Shown piece by piece: positions 51,334-59,747 of a DNA stretch of 64,000 nucleotides. The stretch comes from a bacterium (GTDB lineage Bacteria; Patescibacteriota; Minisyncoccia; Portnoybacterales; GWB1-42-6): positions 11,378 through 75,377 of the forward strand of contig JAZDMV010000002.1 in the NCBI GenBank assembly GCA_043800535.1, written 5' to 3'. The notes under the pieces were generated by a model that saw only the letters and a list, made by a program, of their open reading frames with translations, did not search any database and had not been told where the DNA came from. Each line of letters opens with the position of its first letter. Position 1 is the first letter of the stretch. The translations under genes were made by a program, and so were the position numbers.

Positions 51334-51834
51334 TTACTGAATTTCAATGCTGCCATTTTTTATTACTTTTACTGTTTTTGTATTGCCGCCCTGCGTCAGA
51401 GTAAAATAAATTTCCTGCAACGCGGACGTATTGTTAAAACACGAACGCGGCTCGGGCGGCGCGAAAAAAGCAGACGTGCCCGCTGTAGCCATTGTCACGC
51501 CGGCCGGCAGAGCGATTGTCTTTACTGACAAGCGTTCTGATGTCGCCGGGCAGCCATTAACATCAGCCGCAGTGGTATTTAAAAAAAGGAGATAATTCGC
51601 GCTGTCCTGGATATAGATGCCATAACCGCCCAATGGCTGGCCCGAAGTAGTGGTCCCGGTCACTGCCATGCCCTGCGCCTGGCGCAGATCAACGGCCAGC
51701 TTCTGCGCCGCCTGCAGCAGCGAATAATTTTTTTGTCCCTGCCGGTAATTAGCCAGCGCTAAAGAAGTGATGACTATTATTATTGCCAGCACCACCAGCA
51801 TTTCAAAAATTGTAAACCCTCTGTTTCTTTTCAT
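51334..51834 (-). CDS. FimT/FimU-like minor pilin
   Basis: RG|FTIFEMLVVLAII, DLRQAQ..A, GYGI, G.I C-terminus. Confidence 0.85.
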   Translation of the reverse strand: MKRNRGFTIFEMLVVLAIIIVITSLALANYRQGQKNYSLLQAAQKLAVDLRQAQGMAVTGTTTSGQPLGGYGIYIQDSANYLLFLNTTAADVNGCPATSERLSVKTIALPAGVTMATAGTSAFFAPPEPRSCFNNTSALQEIYFTLTQGGNTKTVKVIKNGSIEIQ

Positions 51835-51870
51835 TTTATGACTGCTAATACCCAAATTATCGTTTTGCCT

Positions 51871-54800
51871 TTACGGCGCTACTTCCTTCCAATTAACGGG
51901 CGCGGTAAATCTGGCAGTGACGGTTTTGGACGCATCCATTGTTACGATGCAGGAACCTGTGCCCGAACAGCCAGCGCCAGACCAGCCGGCAAAGGTAGAA
52001 CCTGAAGCAGGCGCGGCATTTAAGGTTGTCGTATTGCCGAAATTATAAACCTCGCTGCAGTCGCCACCGCAGTTAATCTTTGTGTCGACGCTGGTCACTG
52101 TGCCTGTGCCGGTGCCGGTTTTTAAAACGGTTAGCGTGGAGGTAAGAGGATTAAAAACCGAGACCCATGCCATGGCCTGAACAGGAGAGGCGCTGCCTCG
52201 CTCAACCACTACTTTGGGAGTATAGCCACCGCCTGCCGCATAAGAAATGTTTGAGGAATATGAAGTTTCTGGCCGACCGTCATATTTTGCGTCGTAGCTT
52301 CCGCAGGCCGTGGTGCAGGATTGAACGGTACTGCACGCTGAACTGCAGTTCTTCCAGAATGTATAGTTAATAGTGCCAAAAGCCGTGCCTCCCACTGTTG
52401 CGGTTAAAGTGGAACTTAAAGGAGCAGTGCCAAAAGTAGGAATAGCTGTCAAAGAAACCGAGAGCGTGCAGGCCTGGGTGTTGCAGGCTTGCGAATAAAT
52501 GCTACAGTCAGCGGCCGTACAGCTTTGCGTCCCGCCGCCGCAGGCAACCGAGCAGCTGCCGCAACCAACAGTGCAAGCCACGCAATTTTGCAGCATGATA
52601 GGATTGGTTCCCGCCACTTTATAGGCCGTCCCGGAAACAGACACTGCCGAAGGGCCGGCCGAGCCAAAATTCGCGTTAGCAATCCCAGTGCCCTGCCAAC
52701 TAGACCAAGACCAAGGACTCTGGTAGGCGCTTTTATAGATATATCCGTCAAGCCCCTGAACGTAAGCCCAGACAACTCCTCCAATATTAACTAACTTGGG
52801 CCTGGCTCCTGTGTTGCCATTTATATAATACCATCCTGTCGGAGAACCCCCCTGCCATTCGTTTGCGTATATGGCATTAGCAGCGCCAGGAACCACCATA
52901 ATCAATCTGCCCGCGCTAGTCACTCCTATTACCGCCTCAAAAAGTCCGACTCCGCCGAGTGACTGATAATTTGTGAATACCTGGCCTACGGGGCAAGAAG
53001 CATCAGCCGGAGGAGCAGGAATGGCTCCCGCACTTACCGTGACCGGCGTTGTTGCTTCGCATGTGCTGTTTCCAGTGCAGTAAACACGCGGCTCATAATT
53101 TCCAGCGTTGGCGTAGGTTGAGTTACATACGCCGGCCGGCGGACTGAAATTAACACACGTGCCGTAACCAATAGGACAGGTTTTATAACTGGATGTATAA
53201 ACAATGTTGCTTAAATTTTTGTCGCAGTACAGATAGCATACCGGCAAACCCCCGGTTGAAGCAATATTCGTTACGCTAAAAGTTACGCCTGATAAAGGCG
53301 CTGTGCCGCTTGAGGGAGTAGCAGAAAAACCGACAATCGTGCAACTGGGCGTTACGCACGCTCCGCAATCGCCCGGACAGCTTGAGCAACTTTCAGTGCC
53401 GTTGCAAGTGCCATCGCCGCAGTAGGGAGAAGGGCCACCGCTAACACTAAACGAGCAAGTAGAACAATTATTGCTTTCATTTGATTCGTTTGTAACATGA
53501 TTCCAGGCGTCAGCGCAAACAGTGGCGGTGTGACTGCCAGTAATTGCAGTCCAGGAACCGGAAACACCCTCTGAAACACCAGGACCAATGGCATTAGTCC
53601 ATCCGTCACCAAGAGAGCCGCTCGTGCTGCCAGCCATGCAATTTGTATTATCTATGCAGATGCGAGGGTTGGAAGCAGAATTCGCCGCGGCGTTTCCGCT
53701 GTTTGTTATCGTTCCTGAAAAACCCACCGAACTGCCGGCTGCCGGATTGCTCGGACAGCTCATGCTGGCTGTCATATCGGATTTAGGAACCAAACACCCA
53801 GTGCCGCAAGCGTTAGTGGGAAATGAGCCAGAACCGTCTCCATTATCACTTATACAAGAAGTCCCGCTGCATTTATATTTAATAACTTTATTAAACGTCG
53901 CGGTCACGTTTACAGGAGTGACGTAGGTCAAAGCCAAATTACACACACCGGTGCCAGAACAGCCAGCGCCAGACCAGCCGGCAAACACGCAGCCGGCGCT
54001 TGGCGTCGCAGTCAATGTAACATTGATATCGGCTGTAAAATCCTCCTTGCAGTCACTGCCGCAACTGATGCCTGTGCCGCTTACTGTTCCTGTGCAGTTC
54101 CCTGCCTTTAAAACATTCAGGGTAGAACAATTAATATACACTAAATCGCCTCCCACGTGTTCATTCGTTGTTCCGTCACTAAATATTCTTTTGCCTGTTA
54201 TTTGAATACTGACTACATTCGTAGTCACCCCATAAGTGCAGAGAGGAGAACCGATTATACTCCCTGACCCCCCCACATGCGCGGTATCAGAACTGTACGC
54301 GGCGACACCGATTTCGTCCCAAAGCAGAATATGGCCCCCTCCTGCGCCTGAATTATGCTGGGCATTGATTCTAAGCCAAAGAGGGCCGCTCCAGGATGTG
54401 GAATTACTTGTATAAGAATCAGTGGTCCACATTATCATCTCGTTTAAATCAAAGGATGTTTTGGTAAGATTCGCCGTAAAATAAGTCATCATTGAACCTC
54501 CTACATAGCCGGTGTAGGCTTCTGCCGCTCCGGCAGAAAAGAAAAACATGCCGCCTGCCACAATTAAAAACAGAATTACTGGCGCCGCCGCATTAACCGA
54601 TTTTTTCCTGAAAAAGAAAAATGCGGCCAGGCCAAGAACGCACAATGCAACAAGAATTAAAACCGCTGACGAGGAATCCAATTTTAATGAACCCGGCTTT
54701 GCTTGCGGCGGGTTTTTGCTCGTTATCGCAAAATTCCACGCGTCCAGAATTTTGCCGCTGGCGTCTTTAAGCGAAACAGCTAATTGCGGATTTAAACATT

Positions 54801-55896
54801 CGCTGGTTATCGATAAATTAAATTTCGCGGAGGTCTTGTCTGTTTTGCTTTCGGCGCTTATCGGATCAACGCAATTTCTCCCATTTTCGTTTTTAATTGA
54901 TACGTCAAATAAAACATTTCCGGGGGGAGCAGCCCCGTTTTCTGCGTTTGAATTTACCTGTATTGAAAATGAATTCCAGAAAACAGATATTTCGGCATTC
55001 TCGCCTGGTGAATAGTAATCCTTATCCGCCAACACGTTCATAATAGTTCCCGCTGTTCCTTCCAGGCCGTGAAAAAAGGAAACCGCGTTGGAAATTTGCG
55101 TTTCGTTTTTAACCAGTGTAATTTTTGACTGATAAATTTGAGAAGCGTTGCCCTGCGGTACATAAAAACTGATAATTTTCTGTTCCTGCGGCTTTATGGA
55201 AATTCCGCTGCCTGAGGTTTTTCCGTTCTCAATCAGTTCTTTTGAATTTCCGGCGTAAGTTTCAACCTGCGGCACAAAATTTATTTCTTCTTTAAAATAA
55301 CTGACCGCTTTGCAGTTGCCGATAATCTTCTGCCCGTTCTGGACAATCAAGCCGCCTTCGCTAAATAAGTGATGCTCTGCTTCCTGGCCTTCAATTGCCA
55401 GATAGCAGGAATCAGCTAGAATTTCAACAAACTGGCTGTCTCCTGACAAAGAAACACTGCCTGCCGTGTTTATACCCAGAGGCAGGCCGCGCGAGTTTGC
55501 TGAAACAACCCATATTTCAAAACTTCCCTTAAGATAAGCCGGCGCGCTGTATTCCACTTCTTTTTTGACAAGCTCCTCTTTTCCCAGGGTCAAGGCTTCG
55601 GCATAATTTTTTTCATCAATTATCTTATTATCTTTCGTCAGACGAATGCCATATCTTATATCCGGCTGGATTTTTTCGCGGTTATATATTTCAAATCCGA
55701 TTCTAAAATTATTTCCCGTTTGACTAATAATCCTTGCGTTATATATGTTGACCGTGGCGATAAGCGTGATTTGGCCACCGCTGGTATCCTGCACAGATAA
55801 TGCGTCATTTTGGGCGAAAACCGTTTTAGTGCAAAAAAAAGCCGCCGCAAAGGCCGCAAACATAAAAAGCACCAAAAATATCGTTCTATTTTTCAT
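51871..55896 (-). CDS. Giant surface protein A (signal peptide, Ig-like region, internal TM pair, InlB-like/CARDB-like/PKD-like/TSP1-like modules, C-terminal WKEVAP)
   Basis: 1341-aa ORF; F.GWSGAGCSGTG.C repeats, ESNESNN, CSVACGGGTQ. Confidence 0.8.
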   Translation of the reverse strand: MKNRTIFLVLFMFAAFAAAFFCTKTVFAQNDALSVQDTSGGQITLIATVNIYNARIISQTGNNFRIGFEIYNREKIQPDIRYGIRLTKDNKIIDEKNYAEALTLGKEELVKKEVEYSAPAYLKGSFEIWVVSANSRGLPLGINTAGSVSLSGDSQFVEILADSCYLAIEGQEAEHHLFSEGGLIVQNGQKIIGNCKAVSYFKEEINFVPQVETYAGNSKELIENGKTSGSGISIKPQEQKIISFYVPQGNASQIYQSKITLVKNETQISNAVSFFHGLEGTAGTIMNVLADKDYYSPGENAEISVFWNSFSIQVNSNAENGAAPPGNVLFDVSIKNENGRNCVDPISAESKTDKTSAKFNLSITSECLNPQLAVSLKDASGKILDAWNFAITSKNPPQAKPGSLKLDSSSAVLILVALCVLGLAAFFFFRKKSVNAAAPVILFLIVAGGMFFFSAGAAEAYTGYVGGSMMTYFTANLTKTSFDLNEMIMWTTDSYTSNSTSWSGPLWLRINAQHNSGAGGGHILLWDEIGVAAYSSDTAHVGGSGSIIGSPLCTYGVTTNVVSIQITGKRIFSDGTTNEHVGGDLVYINCSTLNVLKAGNCTGTVSGTGISCGSDCKEDFTADINVTLTATPSAGCVFAGWSGAGCSGTGVCNLALTYVTPVNVTATFNKVIKYKCSGTSCISDNGDGSGSFPTNACGTGCLVPKSDMTASMSCPSNPAAGSSVGFSGTITNSGNAAANSASNPRICIDNTNCMAGSTSGSLGDGWTNAIGPGVSEGVSGSWTAITGSHTATVCADAWNHVTNESNESNNCSTCSFSVSGGPSPYCGDGTCNGTESCSSCPGDCGACVTPSCTIVGFSATPSSGTAPLSGVTFSVTNIASTGGLPVCYLYCDKNLSNIVYTSSYKTCPIGYGTCVNFSPPAGVCNSTYANAGNYEPRVYCTGNSTCEATTPVTVSAGAIPAPPADASCPVGQVFTNYQSLGGVGLFEAVIGVTSAGRLIMVVPGAANAIYANEWQGGSPTGWYYINGNTGARPKLVNIGGVVWAYVQGLDGYIYKSAYQSPWSWSSWQGTGIANANFGSAGPSAVSVSGTAYKVAGTNPIMLQNCVACTVGCGSCSVACGGGTQSCTAADCSIYSQACNTQACTLSVSLTAIPTFGTAPLSSTLTATVGGTAFGTINYTFWKNCSSACSTVQSCTTACGSYDAKYDGRPETSYSSNISYAAGGGYTPKVVVERGSASPVQAMAWVSVFNPLTSTLTVLKTGTGTGTVTSVDTKINCGGDCSEVYNFGNTTTLNAAPASGSTFAGWSGAGCSGTGSCIVTMDASKTVTARFTAPVNWKEVAP

Positions 55897-56029
55897 AGAA
55901 TTTAGACAGATTTAAAAATATCCTCCACTTAAATTATACCTTATTAGCGCCACAAACCTAAAAAAGTTTTCCACAGCCGGCAGCGGATAATTTTTTATAC
56001 TGCTACCCGCATATTATTATTTTCCCTAT

Positions 56030-59000
56030 TTATGGCGTGATCTCCTTCCAATCAACAGGCGCGCTAAATCTGGCAGTGACGGTTTTGGATGAGTCCGTTG
56101 TCACGATGCAAGAACCTGTGCCAGAGCAGCCAGCGCCAGACCAGCCGACAAAGGTGGAGCCCAAAGCGGCAGCTGCATTTAAGGTCGTCGTGTTGCCGGA
56201 ATTGTAAACTTCGCTGCAGTCCCCACCACAGTTGATCTTTGTGTCAAGGCTAGTCACTGTGCCTGTGCCTGTGCCTGTTTTTAAGACGGTTAAGGTGTAT
56301 GTAACTGGGTTGGTGACCGTGACGGCTGTCCGTGCCTGGGCAGGCGCGGCGCTGCCTCGCTCAACCACCACTTTTGGAGTATAGCTGCCGCCTGAAGCAT
56401 AAGAAACGGTTGAGGAATATGAAGTTTCCGGCCGGCCGTCATATTTTGCGTCGTAGTTTCCGCAGGCAGTGGTGCAGGATTGCACGGTACTACACGTTGA
56501 ATTGCAGTTCTTCCAGAACGTATAGTTAGTCGTGCCAAAAGCTGTGCCAGAGACCGTCGCAGTTAAGTTAGAGCTTAAAGGAGCAAGGCCAGAAGCCGGA
56601 TTGGCTGTTAAAGAAGCCGAGAGGGTGCAGGCCTGGGTGTTGCAGACTTGCGTCTCCGGATAGGTTGAGCAATCAGTGCGCGTGCAGGTTCTTGATTGCG
56701 TTCCGCCGCCGCAGGCCGCGGAACAAGAACCCCAGCTGCCGCAACTGGCGGTGCAGCCGACTGGGGTGACGACCACCGGGAAATTGGCCACGCCTTCTGC
56801 ATAGCCGCCCCAATAGCCCGCAGTGACCAAACGAACCTGGGCCAGATAATTGCCAGGAACGCTGTATTTGGCATCGCAAACGCCAATAGGCAAGGCAACC
56901 GCCCTTCTGACAAACGACGTCTCATAGTCATACGCATATGAAGCGCTCCAGTCCGACGGCTGATACGGATTGCTTATATTGCGATTGCACCAGAAATAGT
57001 AAGTCCAGCCAGAGCCCCAGTCCAAATTGGATACGCCCAAGGCCATAAAATCAATCTGCAAAGGAACGGTGCCGGAGTTAATGTCCTGCCAGCCGCCCCA
57101 GTAGCAACCATAATAATTACAGGGCCAGGACTGATTTCTTGTTTTTGTTCTAAGATATGCCTGGGCAAAATATTCCGGAGGAGGCGGAGGAGCATTGCAG
57201 GCGGCCTGACATTCGACTAAAGTTTTTTTGTAGCCAAGAAAGGAGCAGGCGACGTCACCGCCTGTACAATTGACCGCCTCGCACGTATAAGAACTGTTAC
57301 AGCGATACCAGCTGCTTACCAAAGGAACACAGGTATTGTTGCAGTTGGAGTCGGTGAAGGTGCCGTTGACATCATCCCTGGCGCAGGAAGAACCGCTACA
57401 TTTGTATTTGGGAACAACAACGCAAGCGTTGGCACAGGTGGGATCGTCTGTATAATATGTCGCTCCGCCAACGCTTTTTGCGTCATCCTGCACGCAAGTA
57501 GCGTTGCTGCATCTATAATAGCTATGAATTGGACTTTCAACATAGATATTTATGTTGGCTGAAGCTGGCCCGCAACGGCTATTGCAGGTGACTGTATAAG
57601 TATAAGTGCCGCTGCTTAAAGCACCTGTTGACTGGCTGCCTGAAGTGCCGGTCCAGCCGGCCGGCGCGACAGAACAACTTGTCGCGCCTGTTGAATTCCA
57701 GGCGATAGTCGCCGCAGTGCCGGCTGCAACTAAAATTGAACCTGCCTGGCCATTGGCAGTGATGGATGCTGTAGGCGGAGACAAAACTGTATAGCGCAAA
57801 TATTGACTGCCAAGCAAGCTCCACGTCTTATTATTTAAAGAAACCTGGCCCTTAAAATCAGCGTTGTATGTCCCGGGCGTTGATTCGGCAGTGAAAGAGG
57901 TATTTCCGTAAGCACATTTGTCTAACGACACATCCTGCCCGTTTAAAATTTCCTGATATTGAGTGGCTGTCCCGGCTCTTACCTGCAAATACGCATTGGC
58001 AACCGTATTCTCGCACGCATAATTTCCGCAAGCCGAAGCAGTCATATTGATTGCCTCGCTCGGACAATAAGACAAGTTGTCCAGGCCTATAGTAAAAGTC
58101 GCCTCTTCTATCTCAAAAGCGGCAGATTGCGAAAAGGCCTGGGCAGTTTTAACAGAAGCCAAAAAAACAACGCCGGATATCAGTAAAAATAATAAAATTA
58201 TCGCTGCCGGCGCGCTGGCTGCCTTGCCTTTTTTTCTCAAAATCATAAGCGCTATAAAACCGATTAAAACAGCCAGCCCAGGAATTATATATTTATATAT
58301 CTCCTTCAAAAAAAATTTTGTTTTTTCCGGCCCGGGAACGTTCTGGCTTTTGGCCGTGAAAGTTTTTTTGTCAAGCACGTTGCCGCTGGTCGCCTGCTTA
58401 AGCGTTACGGTCACTGCCGGGTCTTTGCAGTTTTGAATAACCGGCATAGTAAATGTCAAAGAGTCCTGGCCGGTCATTTGTCTTTCTGCCGCCTCAACGC
58501 AGGGCTCTCCAGAACTGTTCTGAATTGATATATCCAGAATAACCGGCCCGATATCGCTGCCTTCTCCTGCCCGGGAGCCAAAAAACGAATCAGCCGAAGG
58601 AGTCCAGAAAAAAGATATCTGGGCATTCTGGCCTTTTAAATAATAATCTTTATCAAGATGCAAATTCTGGATAGTGGCGCTGGCGCCTCTTAGAACATAA
58701 TGAAAAGCAATAGAATTGGAAACCGGCCTGTTTTGAAAAACAAAGCTCAATCTTGCGTCATAGGCCTGGGGCGCCAAGGCTTTTGGCAAAATTAAACTGA
58801 TTGTTTTTGTTTCCCCTTTTTTAATAGATACCTCTTGCTGGAGTTCTTTGTTATCCTCAACCGCATTGCCAAACGAAGTCCTATAATACGTCTTAAACTC
58901 GGGCGTCACGACAATATCCTTGTCAAAATGATTAATAATTTCGCAGGTGCCGATCAGCTTTTCTTCATTTGATATATCAACGCCCTGGAAGCGAGTGTAT

Positions 59001-59530
59001 TTTTTCTGCGGAGTTTCATTTTGAACGGTTAAATAGCAGGAACGATTATCTATTTCAACATATTGGCCCGTGCCCTCAAGCCCCACATCTGACAACTTTG
59101 CCACTGACAGCGTCAGGCCAGCGGAATTTCGCGCCAGAAGCCAAAGCTGATATACTCCCTTTAAAAATGGCGGCGGCGTGTATTCGATCTGCTTGGTCAC
59201 GGTCTCGTTTTCGTTCAGGTCAACTGATCCGTCATAAACCTGCTCGTCGATCAGAATGCGGGTCGTTGAGCTGACGCGGGAAAATAGCTGAACCGCATAT
59301 TTAATTCCTGACTGCGTTCCCTGGCCGTTCCCCAGCACAAACGAGATCTTAAAAGCAGGCGCGCCCGGATTTGAAATGATCTTGGCCTGATAAATGCCGA
59401 CCGTGGCCAGAAGAGTGGCGCTGCTGGTGGCGTTGGGCGGTTCCTGGGCAGAAACCGGCTTCAGGAAAATGGCAAATATCAGAAAAAACGATAAGCAAGC
59501 CAAGGAAGATAATACTGTTCTGTTTTTCAT
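56030..59530 (-). CDS. Giant surface protein B, paralog of A (C-terminal WKEITP)
   Basis: 1166-aa ORF; same N-terminal architecture, WGSCSAACGGGTQSRTC, last ~200 aa nearly identical to A. Confidence 0.8.
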   Translation of the reverse strand: MKNRTVLSSLACLSFFLIFAIFLKPVSAQEPPNATSSATLLATVGIYQAKIISNPGAPAFKISFVLGNGQGTQSGIKYAVQLFSRVSSTTRILIDEQVYDGSVDLNENETVTKQIEYTPPPFLKGVYQLWLLARNSAGLTLSVAKLSDVGLEGTGQYVEIDNRSCYLTVQNETPQKKYTRFQGVDISNEEKLIGTCEIINHFDKDIVVTPEFKTYYRTSFGNAVEDNKELQQEVSIKKGETKTISLILPKALAPQAYDARLSFVFQNRPVSNSIAFHYVLRGASATIQNLHLDKDYYLKGQNAQISFFWTPSADSFFGSRAGEGSDIGPVILDISIQNSSGEPCVEAAERQMTGQDSLTFTMPVIQNCKDPAVTVTLKQATSGNVLDKKTFTAKSQNVPGPEKTKFFLKEIYKYIIPGLAVLIGFIALMILRKKGKAASAPAAIILLFLLISGVVFLASVKTAQAFSQSAAFEIEEATFTIGLDNLSYCPSEAINMTASACGNYACENTVANAYLQVRAGTATQYQEILNGQDVSLDKCAYGNTSFTAESTPGTYNADFKGQVSLNNKTWSLLGSQYLRYTVLSPPTASITANGQAGSILVAAGTAATIAWNSTGATSCSVAPAGWTGTSGSQSTGALSSGTYTYTVTCNSRCGPASANINIYVESPIHSYYRCSNATCVQDDAKSVGGATYYTDDPTCANACVVVPKYKCSGSSCARDDVNGTFTDSNCNNTCVPLVSSWYRCNSSYTCEAVNCTGGDVACSFLGYKKTLVECQAACNAPPPPPEYFAQAYLRTKTRNQSWPCNYYGCYWGGWQDINSGTVPLQIDFMALGVSNLDWGSGWTYYFWCNRNISNPYQPSDWSASYAYDYETSFVRRAVALPIGVCDAKYSVPGNYLAQVRLVTAGYWGGYAEGVANFPVVVTPVGCTASCGSWGSCSAACGGGTQSRTCTRTDCSTYPETQVCNTQACTLSASLTANPASGLAPLSSNLTATVSGTAFGTTNYTFWKNCNSTCSTVQSCTTACGNYDAKYDGRPETSYSSTVSYASGGSYTPKVVVERGSAAPAQARTAVTVTNPVTYTLTVLKTGTGTGTVTSLDTKINCGGDCSEVYNSGNTTTLNAAAALGSTFVGWSGAGCSGTGSCIVTTDSSKTVTARFSAPVDWKEITP

Positions 59531-59710
59531 AAATTTAGGAATTTAAAACAGCTAAAAGAACTTTTTTTATCAAGAAAGTTCTCCCGCTTATTTTGTCATT
59601 ATCCATTGCCTTAATTATACCAGGAGACGCCACTTAAAAGAATGGACTTATCCACAAGAAAGAAGCCACCCCCAGCTGACGGAGCGGGGCGGTTTATCAG
59701 GTAAGAAAAA

Positions 59711-59735
59711 ACGGCAGATGAATTTTCATCTGCCG
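59711..59735. terminator. Hairpin terminator
   Basis: CGGCAGATGAA-TT-TTCATCTGCCG followed by a T tract on the minus strand. Confidence 0.65.
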
Positions 59736-59747
59736 CCACAAAGCAAA

